Source of the DNA: Cenococcum geophilum
Taxonomy: Eukaryota
DNA length: 64,000 bases
Reading direction: 5' to 3'
NCBI GenBank assembly: GCA_050273025.1
Contig: CP158635.1
Location: 28,148,001 to 28,212,000 of the forward strand
Position 1 is the stretch's first letter. The number at the start of each line of letters is the position of its first letter. Below, in pieces: positions 48,983-61,309 of the stretch. The notes under the pieces are model-generated. The model saw only the letters and a list, made by a program, of their open reading frames with translations, was not told the origin of the DNA and ran no database searches. The position numbers and the translations under genes are program-made.

Positions 48983-51128
48983 TTTTTTTTTTTTTTTTTT
49001 TATCCGTTGTATTATACTACGTACAATACTACGCATGCAGCCTCTGGGCTATGGCGCTATAGTTCTATATACATAAATCCTTTCTAGGCAGCTTAATATG
49101 TACTAGTAGCTATGTCCTAGTAGTTTATAAACCCCTAAATTAGGAGTTTATAGTTTCCTAGTAAAAATACTAAGATACTACAACTACTAGGGAATGAGAA
49201 AATGGTAAGAAAAACTATAAAGAAATCCTAACCCCTGTCCTTGTCCTTTTGCAATTTATTTCTATCCTTTTGCTCTCTACTATCTTTTAACCTAAGAGCC
49301 TAGTAGGAGTTACCTCCTTCTAGACTCCTATTAATTTTATTCTTCCATAGAGTCTTCTACGCTAGTACTATGTACTAGTTTAGCTGCTCTAAGATTCTCG
49401 CAGTCTCTACTATTAGCAAAGTGTTTTTCTTTACAATTAATGCAAAGAGGGGTGGTATGCTTGCAAGGCCTGCCGCTTATTAAGCAAGTAGGATAGCAGT
49501 GGTCTTTAGATAGATGTGCAGCCGCACAATATCTATAGGCCCTAGTAGAGCATCTGTCTCCTATATGGCCAAATTTTTGGCAGCTATTACACTGCGTAGT
49601 AGGAGAGACTTTGAGGTATTTTACTACCTTAGTAGCTGTACCTACAATTGATATCTCTTTTTACTTGAGGATTTCTTGTCTTTTTTCTTCGTTCTCTATA
49701 GTAAAAACTATGGAGCCAAATCTGGTCTGTGGATCGTGTCTTTTTACACTAGATAAGATCTATCTAGGTAGTCCTTGTATCCTTATAGGATTAAAAGTCT
49801 CAATTTCCTCTTTTAGAAGCTTAGAGCCTCCTTCTCCTAAGAAAGGTAGGGTAGGAACCCTATAGGCTATAATTTAAACCCATAGTTCTAGTTTTTGTTC
49901 TCTTTAAAAGATAAAGCAGTTATGCCAGATCTCCTTATATTTAACTAGGAAATCTGCATTATACTCTTCTGTAGTCATAAGGAGAATATTTTGTTTTCCT
50001 TTAGTTCTAGCTATAGACGCTAGAACTGGCTTTTTTACTTGCAGTTTTAATACAAATAGTTAATTAACTTTATTTCGTATAGAGAAGGTATCTAGAGGTT
50101 GGTCCTTTTCGTTTGTAATTAGGACTAGCTTCCTTTCTTATAGCTGCTTTTTCTTACTTCTAGTAGAAGTAGAACCCCTACTAGAAGGAGAAGGGGTAGA
50201 AGGTAGTAGTGGTGATAATAAGGAGGGTAGGGAGGACGAAGAAGAAGGGAGGTCCTTCTTTAGTCTCTCTGCGTAAGTATTTTTAGTAGAAGCTACCTCC
50301 TTACGGAGAGCTCTTACTTCTTCTACTAGTCCTTCTAGGACCTCTTTTACCTCTTCTTCTTCTTCTTCTTTTATAAAGGGGTTTTTTCCTATTAGGATAT
50401 TTTGTGTATAGTCTACTAGCTATCCAACTTGTTCTTCTTGCTCTTCTCCTTCTAGCCCTCTATAGGCCTGGATTAGGCTTCTTAAAGCCTCGCATAGATG
50501 TTCCTCCGGAGAAAGGGAAGAGAGAGGTATATTATGCATACTATCCGTAGTAGTCGTTGGTTTTATTATCTTTTTTACAGGTTTTTGGTTTTCTTTTTCA
50601 GGAGAAGACTAAGGATGTCCTCTTTTTTCTCCTATCCTAAACGGGCCAGGAGAAGGAGAAGGGGGAGAAAAAGTAGATGTAGAATCTTCATTACTTATTT
50701 CTATAGGAGGTTTTTTTTTAGACCTATTAGGCCTTGGCATTTTATATCTTATAGGGGGGTTTCTAGTTTTTACTATCTTTATACCCTTTCTCCTTACTAA
50801 TCCTACTAGAAGATTTCTGGGGAGATTAGGCTAAAAGGTAGTAGAAAGACTAGCCCCTATTAGTATTCGTAGTAGTAGTTGTAGTTTTAGTGTTCCTATC
50901 CGTGCCTCGCTTATAAGCTAGGACCACCCCTAAGAAGAATTTTCTGCTAGGGGAAAGGGGGTAAAACGACAAATAAATCCACCTCTAGCTCGCTAGGCAG
51001 TGAGAATTAGGTCTTAAAAGTTAGGAAATCGATTATTTTTGATGGTAAGATGGGTATGCGTAAGTTTTGAAGTGCGGCGCCACCTTTTGGTAAGGTTGCA
51101 TGTGTGGTGAAGCTCTTACTTAGAAGAT
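48983..51128 (-). mobile_element. Tad1-like LINE derivative with ORF1 (gag) only
   Basis: poly(T) 48983-49001 on + strand is the poly(A) tail. TSD AAAGTAGGAAC (48972-48982 / 51129-51139). Minus-strand CCHC knuckles TQC.(N)CQKFGH...C and C.NCK..H.A....C (~49395-49600). No endonuclease or RT. Confidence 0.88.
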
Positions 51129-52299
51129 AAAGTAGGAACTTAAGATTTAGAGATAACGGTTTAAGCAAGCATCAGGAAATTTTTTTTGGGGCTCATTGTT
51201 GCGGTTTGCGGCAAATTGCCACAAACCGTACAGTTATGGCAGGTGGATATAGTCGATAGCAATTTACGCAAAACGCACGTTTTGCAATAAGTTTGCAGCA
51301 CCCTAATAGTAATTTACGCGTTTTGTAACAAATTTACAGCACCTAATAGCAAATTACGGCAAAATGCTACCCTATAAATAAATAGTGCGCAAACTATACG
51401 AATTGTACAAATTATAAAAACTATACAAATTATACAAATTATATAAATTGTACAAATTGTACAAATTGTAAAAACTATATAAATTGTAACTATATAAATT
51501 ATAATTATATTATATAATAACCAAATTATTACATATTTTCATAGATTTCTATAGTATACTTTTAAATATATTTATATTATAACTATATAAAATATAGAGC
51601 TATCTACTTTAGGCGTTAAGGGGAAGCCTCTCGCGGAGGCTCTAAATTATCTACCTACCTACCTACCTGCCTGCCTGCCTGCCTACCTACCTGCCTACCT
51701 GCCTACCTACCTACCTACCTGCCTACCTGCCTACCTGCCTACCTACCTGCCTGCCTACCTGCCTACCTATCTACCTATCTGTCTGTCTATACCTACCCGT
51801 CTATACCTACCTATCTATGCCTACCTATCTGTGCCTACCTGTTTATATTACCTTAATTTAATCGATCGATTAAATCGTTTATCGTGTTCGCTGGCTGGTT
51901 ATTTAAACGGTTGTCGTGTGGCTCTGGCGACGGTCGTGTAGCGATGATAACGGTTGTCTAGCTCTGACGGTTGTCTAGCTCTAGCGACGGTTATCTGGCT
52001 CTGGCGACGGTTATCTAGCTCTGGCAACGGTTATCTGGCTCTAGCGACAGTCGTCTAGCTCTAATAACGGTTGTCTAGCTCTAACGGTCGTCTAGCTCTA
52101 GCGACAGTCGTTTGGCTCTAGCAATAGTTGTCTACTAGCTATTGTTCTGGTGTCTTCCTAGATAGGGAGGATATAAGGAAGGGTAAAAAATGAGGTAGCT
52201 ACCTAGGTGTATATAGGGGGTATACTTGGCAGAGGTATGTGTAGAGGCTATTGGGAATATAGCGGGGACCCAATAGTAGTGTGTCGCGCGCATATACAC

Positions 52300-54265
52300 A
52301 AAGGCTTTATATAGAGCTTTGTGTAGAGCCTCTATATATAGAGCTTCGCGCAGAGCTTTATATAGAGCTTCGCGCAGAGCCTTATATAGAGCTTCGCGTA
52401 GAGCCTCGTATAGAGCTTCGCGTAGAGCCTTATATAGAGCTTCGCGCAAAGCCTTGTATAGAGCTTTGTGTAGAGCCTTGTGTAAAGCTTCGCGCAAAGC
52501 CTTGTGTAGAGCTCCGCGCAGAGCCTTGTATAAAGCTTCGCGCAGAGCCTTATATAGAGCTTCGCGCAGAGCCTTATACAGAGCCTCTATATATAGAGCT
52601 TCGTGTAGAGCTTCGTAGAGCTTTATATAGAGCTTCGTGTAGAGCTTTATATAGAGCTTTGTGCAGAGCTTCGTATAGAGCTTTATATAGAGCCTCTATA
52701 CGTAGAGCTTCGTATAGAGCTTTGTATAGAGCTTTATGTAAAGCTTTGTATAGAGCTTCGTATAGAGCTTTATATAGAGCTTTATGCAGAGCTTCGTATA
52801 GAGCTTCGTATAGAGCCTCGTGTAGAGCCTCTATACTTAGAGCTTTGTATAGAGCCTCGTATAGAGCCTTATGTAAAGCTTTATATAAAGCTTCGTATAG
52901 AGCTTTGTATAGAGCTTTATATAGAGCCTTTGTACGTAGAGCTTTGTATAGAGTATCGTGTAAAGCTTTGTATAGAGTATTGTGTAGAGCTTTGTATAGA
53001 GCTTTGTACAGAGCTTCGTGTAGAGCCTTGTGCAGAGCCTCTGTACCTAGAGCCTTGTATAAAGCTTCGCGCAGAGCTTTGTATAGAGCTCCGCGCAGAG
53101 CCTCGTATAAAGCTTCGCGTAGAGCCTCATATAAAGCTTCGCGTAGAGCCTTATACAGAGCCTTTATATATAGAGCTTCGTGTAGAGCTTCGTAGAGCTT
53201 TATGCAGAGCTTCGTGTAGAGCTTTATATAGAGCTTTATATAGAGCTTCGTATAGAGCTTCGTGCAGAGCCTCTATACGTAGAGCTTCGTGTAGAGCTTC
53301 GTGTAGAGCTTTATATAGAGCTTTATATAGAGCTTTGTGTAGAGCTTTATATAGAGCTTTATATAGAGCTTTGTATAGAGCTTTATATAGAGCCTTATAC
53401 AGAGCCTTTATACCTAAAGCTTTATATAAAGCCTTATATAGAGCCTCGTATAAAGCTTCGTATAAAGCTTTGTATAGAGCTTTATATAGAGCTTTATATA
53501 GAGCCTCTATATATAAAGCTTCGTATAGAGCATCGTGTAAAGCTTTATATAGAGTATCGTATAGAGCTTTGTACAGAGCTTTATATAAAGCTTTATATAG
53601 AGCCTTATACAAAGCCTCTATACCTAGAGCTTTATATAAAGCCTCGTATAGAGCCTTATGTAAAGCTTTATATAAAGCTTTATATAGAGATTCGTGTAAA
53701 GCTTTGTATAGAGCTTTATATAGAGCCTCTATATATAAAGCTTTGTGTAGAGTATCGTGCAAAGCTTTGTATAGAGCTTTGTGTAGAGCTTTATATAGAG
53801 CCTTGTATAAAGCTTTATATAGAGCTTTATATAGAGCTTCGTATAGAGCTTTATATAGAGCTTCGTATAGAGCTTTATATAGAGCTTCGTATAGAGCTTC
53901 GTATAGAGCTTTATGCACAAATTCGTGTAGAACTTTATATAGAGCTTTATACAGAGCCTCTATACGTAGAGCTTTGTATAAAGCCTTATATAAAGCCTTA
54001 TACAAAGCTTTATATAGAGCTTTATATAAAGCCTTATATAAAGCTTTATATAGAGCTTTATATAAAGCTTTATATAGAGCTTTATATAGAGCTTTGTATA
54101 GAGCTTTATATAGAGCTTTATATAGAGCTTCGTGTAGAGCTTTATATAGAGCTTTATGTAAAGCTTTGTATAGAGCTTTATATAGAGCTTCGTATAAAGC
54201 TTTATATAGAGCTTTATATAAAGCCTTATATAGAGCTTTATATAGAGCCTTATATAGAGCCTCTG
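52300..54265. repeat. ~2 kb 12-bp minisatellite (AGAGCTTCGTGC and RIP variants)
   Basis: Well over 100 units such as AGAGCTTTATAT and AGAGCTTCGTGT, with interspersed 16-bp AGAGCCTCTATACGT variants. Confidence 0.95.
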
Positions 54266-54531
54266 CATTAGGATTTTTTTTTTTAGGCATATTATTATAA
54301 GCGAAAATTGGGGTCTGCAAAACCTGCGTAAGTCGCAATTTTGGTAATTTATGGTGATTTGCAGCAATTTGCTATAAATACATAGATAAGGCAGGCGCGT
54401 GCATAGGTGGCCTATATATTTGTAGCAAATTGCTACAAATCGCCGCAAATTGCCAAATTTGCGACTTACGCAGGTTTTGCAGACCCCGATTTTCGTTTGC
54501 AACAACGTGCCCAAAAAAAAATTTCCTAATG
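54266..54531. mobile_element. Foldback MITE (266 bp) forming the right end of element 1
   Basis: CATTAGGA(T)n start. Inverted GGGGTCTGCAAAACCTGCGTAAGTCGCAA (~54310) / TTGCGACTTACGCAGGTTTTGCAGACCCC (~54459-54487). Confidence 0.8.
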
Positions 54532-54699
54532 AGAGGAAATAACTATTAGTACGGTTATAGAGCTTAAGAAAAGACGAGATAAAAGTAAGGAGAGTATAAA
54601 ACGTTATAATTAGGAGTAGAATAGTAGATTTAATAGACTAAAAGACCTTTTGATAAAAGCTTTTCAGGGGAGAGGTAGTAAGTAATTAGGTTAGGGAGA

Positions 54700-56085
54700 A
54701 AGACTTTAGGGTAATTTAGCGCCGGATTAAGCTTCTTCCTTACTATTAATATTAAGCTTTTCTAGATTTATATAGAGTCTATATATAAATTTATATATAA
54801 AAGCTATAATTAATAAAATTAAGGCTTTGTAAGAGGTTTATAGGTAGGTTACTAATTATTAAAAGCTGTCTTATACTCTACTTAAGCACTACCTCTACTA
54901 TCTTAATAACTATCTACTATTAGGGCCTATACCTCTTAGCAAGTCTTCCTATATTATTTATAACTACTTATTATTTAATTCCAGCCTAAATAAGCTTTTA
55001 CTGACGGTAGCTAGCAATTGAAATAACTCGCGATAATATCTACTCGGCCTCGTAGATAAGTTAATATATTATGCAGGAAGACTAATACTAGGAAGTATAT
55101 AGCTACCAACTAGCTAGCTAATTAAAGGCTTTACTTAAAGTAATTATATATAAAATAGTTCTTAATCTTTCTAAATAATATCTCTACTATAATTGGGGCG
55201 CTAAATAGCTAATAATTTAACTATAGTTGCTTATAAGTAAGCCACTAAAATCCTTATTAATTGCTCTATAGAGAAATGCAGCCATATAACTCTATATATA
55301 TTATCGCTAAATATAAATGACGGCTCGCGGTTAGTAAAGATTATATAGAGCTTATTGGCAACACCTAATTCGCTATATATATCCCAGTTGTTTAACGGTA
55401 TTAGGAAGGATTTGGATATATACAAGATAAGGCTATCTAGCGTAGTAATTAACTAATATTTTAAGCCGTTTCCTTTATAGTATCCGGAATAGGTTTATAA
55501 TTAGTGGCGACTGCTTATTAGACAATAAAATCTAAAGGTGCCGTTAATCGCACCCTATACTTAATTATTACCCCAACTAGCGTCTTTTAAGTGGCGCGCA
55601 TATCTGCAGAGCTCCGTATAATTATTTAACTACGGCCGCCAATAGATAAGATCCTTCTAGTCTCCATAAATGCGTTCTACTAAGCTATTAAATACCTCTA
55701 AGATCCATAAACAACCGCGACCGATATTCTTTATATAGTGGTAATACTGGGTAGGGTATATAAGATAACTGTAGAGTATATATATAGCCTTTTTAGGTAA
55801 AGCTTTATATATATTAAACTTTATCGGCTTATTAGTACGAAATATTATAGGCGCTAGAGCTCGGATCTTATTAGGGCGAAAGCTATATACTAATTAGATC
55901 TTATTAATCCAAAGCAGCTTAAATAGGCCTACTATATCTCCCTCTAATACACCTATTATTAATTTTATCCAGATCCTATTAGAAATGCGGCGCTTAGAAG
56001 GAGGCACGGTAATTAGGCGCGCGAACGCCGCGTTATATAAGGCATATTGCTCAGGTATACGGTAGGGAGTAGGCAAGCCGAGCAT
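54700..56085 (-). pseudogene. PIF/Harbinger (DDE_Tnp_4, HARBI1-like) transposase, RIPped
   Basis: De-RIPped WGAIDGT (~55535-55558), YSGYYKGNGLKYQ.I.T.DGLI (~55428-55493) and FIF(G)D..Y (~55295-55320). Confidence 0.82.
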
Positions 56086-57099
56086 GAGTCACAGGAGAGT
56101 CGATGGAAGAGGACGATATGGTAAAGAGTAGGTATGGCAATACCCTACAGAGACGAACCGATGAGGAGGGAAGGGCTGCAAGCCCAAGGTGCTTATAAGG
56201 AGGTGCCAAGCCTAGCCTTCGGCTAGGCCTTGGCTACCCCTAAGCGGCTCTCGGGCGATACACCCGAGTAAGGGATAAAATACCCCTTACACGTTAGGAC
56301 TCCTCAATTAATATATTCTGGTATTAGGTTGCTAGCCAAAGAGGTAGGAAGCCGTCGTCCTCGAAGTTGTATCCCTTCGTGTGGCAGAAGTGACTTTTCG
56401 TATTGGGCGCTTTGGGCGCTCCTGCCTGGGTTAGCATACTGCAGGCACCCTAGCTAGCGTGATTTTATTAGCAAGCCTTACCAAAACGCGTTAATATTGC
56501 AATGCTGATAAAATACTGTAGAAGGCCATTAAGGCTACCATTAAAAACACCTATATTTTTTTGAGGAAGTTGGGCAAAAAGTCGTAATATAACGTCATAA
56601 CTGTAGGTTTCTACCTTTCCTCTATTAACTAGCTGCTAATTATATAGGAAAACTCTTTATTAGAGTCCTCCCCCAAATTACTGCCACCTATCCACTTTAT
56701 ACTCGTTCTTAACGTTAATAAAAATAAGCCGGTAAAGGACTAGCTTAAGGTTATAAGGGAGGATGTGCTATATATATTAAATAAGGTATACCAAGTACTA
56801 TAAGTAATTAAACGGTTTAATTAGCGGTTATTTAATATAGAGAATTAATTAAAGGTAGTAAAGGAGGGCTTAAAGGAGGCTAAAAAGGACGCTGTAGTAA
56901 AGGCTTAATTAGCTTTAGAGTCTTAATATTAGAGGTATAAGAAAGTAGAAGACCTAAAATAGTTACCTAGTTATCGCCTATTAAATAAAAATTGTTAAAG
57001 CACTAAAGGTATAAAGGAAGCCTATAGGCCTCGCATTTATATACCGTTTACTTAACCTTTACTATAAGCTTTTTAGCCTCCTTCTATCTATATATTTAG

Positions 57100-59535
57100 T
57101 ACTTTGGTAGGGTCTTATAGCCTTACTTCCTTATAAAGCTTTTAATAGAACGGTAAGTTCGCGTCTTATACCATTAAATTATAAGTAGGAGGGTTTTAGC
57201 GGTAGCGTAGGTAGTTTTTTAATTTGTTTTAATATTTTTATAACTAAGCCCAATGCCAGATTAATATTGCCCATATTTTAGTAAGCTTTAATAAAAAAGA
57301 CGCTAAATATCGTGCTTATTTAGGCCTATTTTTTTTTAACTACCTATAATAACGAGGTTCTATACCAATTGTATACAGAAACGGCGGTGGGTTTAAAAGG
57401 ACTTCTTAGACGTCTAGAAGATCTTTTTACTAATAATATAGGCGTTAATTATAGCCGCATTAAGCGCCTAGAAGAATAAAGATAGCTAAGTACGGATAGT
57501 AGTAATCTAAGTAGTATAGTAGCTTTAAAGCTAATTATAAATATTAACGCCACCTATTTAGTTATTGTAGTTAATAGAGAGCCTAGAAAGCGTTAATTTC
57601 TTAATTAAATTATTACCCTAAACATTAGCTACCAGCTTTTTAAGGAAGAAATTATATGCTTACGGCCGACGCCGATTAACTTTATTAATATCCTTACTGC
57701 TATATAAGTAAACTATTGTTAAAAACTATACTAAATTCTTATCCTGCTATATAATTAAAAGCACTAAATTAACTATACTAATAACCACTTCTATAATAAA
57801 GTTAAACGGTAGCCTTTCCTTTCTTTTATTAGCCCTTTTATACACCTCTAAATAGCCCTTTAAGTTTAATTAAGCCGTGCCAGCTATAGTAATTCTAAGT
57901 TATTAAAGCACCTAGAGCAACGGAATATTTGTAAAGTAGTTATCTAAAAATAAGTAAAATCGATAAGCCTAAAGAGGGAGCTATTAGGTAAAATAAAGGA
58001 CGCATTTAGAGGTCTTTAAAAGGATAATATCTTAATAATCTATTTAAGAAGGAAGCCTAAAAAAGTAGTTAGGTAAGGTAAATATAAAGCTATAGTAATA
58101 CCTATATTAATAAAGGCTTAATATCTTAAAGCCCTTAGGTACTAGTTTACTAGGCAATTTAATTATAGCCGTAGATTGTCTAGTAAACCTTACTATTATC
58201 TTATTAAAGCTAACTATAGATTTAGGTATAACGTACTTTCTAAACGCCTCGCCTAAAGGAGTTATTAATGGCTCAATTTTCTTAAAGACTTAACGTTTAA
58301 CGCCCTCTGGTAGAGGTAGTAAGATATAAAAAAAGCGCTTAAGTTACTCCTATCTTTTTTGGCCTATAAATAAGCTAATTAAGTGTCTAGAATATTTAGG
58401 ATCTATAGCCTAAAGATCTCGCACCTAAGGGCCTTTAAAGACGCCTATATAAATAATAAGCCCTACCTAAATTATTAGTTCGCTAGCAGAGGTCTCCTTT
58501 TACGCCCGTAATTATTTACCTATATATTATCCTAATTAGTAATATCCGCTAGCATTTTAAAAGGCTATATATAGGTTTATATTAATTATAAGCTTCTTAA
58601 ATACACTAATACTAAAAAATTGTAGAAATACCTAAATTAGTAAGTCCTATCTAGATTTATACCCGCTAGACGCTATATTAATCTAATTTACCAGTATATA
58701 GTAAGTAGAGCGCTTACTATCCTTATCTTAATTAGGAAAGTTATTAAATTAAACATCCGCGTTAACGCCACTAATAGGTTTACTAGCACGCTAAGCGGTA
58801 AATATTAGCTCTTTTAGAAGGTTAATAACTTTAAGATCTAATTTAGGAATAGCGGTTATAGGCTCCTATAAAGTAGAAACAGTAGAAAGGCCTATTCTTA
58901 TAACTTCTTTACATTAGGAAATTGTTAATGCCTCCTGGCGGTACTGACAGGTTCCTTACAGCTCCTATCAGGGCTGCTAGGATCTCCAGGAGACACTTAC
59001 ACTCGGTTTCCTGTCAGGAGCCTATTAGGAGGTCGCCCTGACCACCCGGACCACCCAGACCATTAGGACTATTAGGACTACCAGGACAATCAGGACAATT
59101 AGGACTATTAGTACTATTAGTACTGTCAGTACTGTCAGGACAATTAGTACTATTAGGACAATTAGGACAATTAGGATAATAATAATTTTTAAAATTTTAA
59201 AATAAAGCATATTAATGCTCTAGTATTTACAGCCAGCCAATAAATATAAAAACTAGTTTAATTTTAAGCCCTATGCTATATACAGGATATATAATCTAAA
59301 TTAATCCTTCCTGCCTACTTCTGTCTGTCTGTTATAGGAGCTCTGCGCCGCTCTAGGGAGACAATCGCTTAGGCGTCGAGCGATCAATTAAGGAGACAAT
59401 GGGAAGCCAGTCGCAGAGGCTCCAAATCATTAATTGGCGGTGTTCCTGACGATCCGCCGGCCGTGTACTGATTTCCTAACTAGGCCTAGTGCCTGCCTGC
59501 CTGCCTACCTACCTGCCTATCTGCCTACCTGCCTA

Positions 59536-59582
<47 letters not shown>

Positions 59583-61309
59583 ATGTGTTAGTATCTAATT
59601 TAATTCGGGGGAGGGGTCGGCCCGATCGAAGGCTCTAATTAATTCGAATCGTTCTCTATGGCTGTTCGCTGGCTGTACATTCGAACGGTGGTCGTCTAGG
59701 GTGCCTCTCTAGGAGGTCTTAATTTAATTTGGTGACGGGCCAATATCGAAGCTTTGGTTTAATTCGATCGATCGATTAATTGAATCGTTCGTGGTGTTCG
59801 CTGGCTGGTTATTCGAACGGTCGTCATCTGGCTCTGGTAACGGTCGTCTGGTTCTAGCGACGGTCGTCTGGTTCTGGCGACGGTCGTCTGGTTCTAGTAA
59901 CGGTCGTCTAGTTCTAGGGCAGTCGTCTGGTTCTGGTAACGGTCGTCTGGTTCTGGTGATGGTCGTCTGGTTCTGGCGACGGTCGTCTAGTTCTGGCGAT
60001 GGTCGTCTGGTTCTGACAACGGTCCTCTGCTAGCTGCCGTTCTAGTGCCTCCCTAGGTAGGGAGGATGTAAGGAAGGAAGGAAGGGTAAAAAATAAGGTG
60101 GCTACATAGGGGGTATACTTGGCAAAGGAACGTGTAGAGGCTATCGGGAATATAGCGGGGACCCGATGCAGAGCTTCGTGTAGAGCCTCCATACGCAGAG
60201 CTTCGCGCAGAGCCTCATGCAGAGCCTCTGTACGTAGAGCTTCGTGTGGAGCTTTGTGCAGAGCTTCATGCAGAGCCTCTGTACGTAGAGCTTCGTGTAG
60301 AGCTTCGTGTAGAGCCTCGTACAGAGCCTCTATACGCAGAGCTTCGTGTAGAGCTTCGTGTAGAGCTTCGTGTAGAGCTTCGTGTAGAGCTTCGTGTAGA
60401 GCTTCGTGTAGAGCTTCGTGCAGAGCCTCGTGCAGAGCCTCTATACGCAGAGCTTCGTGTAGAGCCTCTGTACGCAGAGCTTCGTGTAGAGCTTTGTGCA
60501 GAGCCTCGTGCAGAGCCTCGTGCAGAGCCTCTGTACGCAGAGCTTCGTGTAGAGCCTCTGTACGCAGAGCTTCGCGTACATAGGTGTCGCTAGAGTCGTT
60601 TGGGGGGGGGGGGGGGGCGTTCCTTTCAGGAGCGTATCAGGATGGTAGGTTCCTGTCAGGAACGCATCAGGATGGTAGGGTCCTGTCAGGAACGCATCAG
60701 GATGATAGGGCCCTGTCAGGAACGCATCAGGATGGTAGGGTCCTGTTAGGAACGCATCAGGATAATAAGGTCCTGTCAGGAACGCATCAGGATAGTAGGG
60801 TCCTGTCAGGAACGCATCAGGATAATAGGGCCCTGTCAGGAACGCATCAGGATGATAGGTTCCTATCAGGACGATCAGGACGATCAGGAAAATCAAAAGT
60901 CCTGCCAGGAGCCTGCCAGGAGCCTGTCAGGACGACCAGGACGATCAGGAAAATCAAAATCCTGTCAGGAGGCCTTCAGGATCTTGGCACCCCAACAAAA
61001 TGCTGATGTAGCTAATAGCTCTGGTAGTTTAGTCTTATCTACCTTATCTACCTTATCCTTAGCAGTCTCGCCATGGGCCTTAAAAACAGCTCCTAATTCG
61101 TCCTTAATATCCTCTATCTAGCTACTTGGCCAAGCCTCCTTAATATCCTTAATTAGCACCACTGCTTGCTGCGTAGCTACTGCCGATAAGCTATTATGTG
61201 TATACTGTGTTACTTAAAAGGATTATAAATAGGACTCCTAGGCTTGGGGTGCTTTTGGAGGCTTTAGAGGCTTCGGAGCTAAAGACGCACGACGTTTTTT
61301 AGGCGGCAT
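57100..61309 (-). pseudogene. piggyBac-like (DDE_Tnp_1_7) transposase, RIPped and interrupted by element 2
   Basis: ATG 61309 MPPKKRR. De-RIPped IN(T)NLYA, EL..W.GLIIYMG, RWEQLKRFFHI, SFDEMMVRFTGR, KP..(E)GFKI, LFLDNYFT (~57935-57955), GGVDI.DQL.SYY (~57515-57555) and LDAAIINAY. Confidence 0.85.
58912..61008. mobile_element. Non-autonomous TIR element 2 (CATCAG termini, 2-bp TSD)
   Basis: CATTAGGAAATTGTT ... AACAAAATGCTGATG. TSD TA/TA. 9-bp (59030-59180), (CCTG)n (59490-59582), 20-bp (59820-60020), 12-bp (60168-60578) and 30-bp (60620-60870) arrays. Confidence 0.8.

Larger units (their letters stand above)
51170..54531. mobile_element. Non-autonomous TIR element 1 (CATCAG termini, 2-bp TSD; CMC/CACTA-like), composite
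   Basis: CATCAGGAAATTTTTTTTGG ... CCAAAAAAAAATTTCCTAATG. TSD AG/AG. Interior is 9-mer, (CCTG/CCTA)n, 20-mer and 12-mer arrays. Confidence 0.8.
47692..54680 (+). pseudogene. Putative Harbinger partner ORF(s) (possibly Myb/SANT-like, with coiled coil), interrupted by a LINE and a CATCAG element
   Basis: Glu/Lys/Arg-rich frame continues across both insertions once TSDs are removed (...KQELEIQRQRFEQ|EEMTISTVMELEKRRD, de-RIPped). Convergent with the transposase. Domain identity inferred from context only. Confidence 0.5.

Noticed and set aside
52135..54514. Long ORFs (RALY/ALYK/IELR repeats, up to 456 aa)
   Set aside because: Artefacts of a 12-bp minisatellite lacking stops in some frames. They appear in several frames on both strands.
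60620..60870. 30-bp periodic array resembling CRISPR
   Set aside because: Head-to-tail units without unique spacers, eukaryotic context, no cas genes.
59025..61121. Repeat-derived ORFs (RASC, SGTHQD, LIVLIV)
   Set aside because: Translations of 9-, 12-, 20- and 30-bp tandem arrays inside a non-autonomous element.
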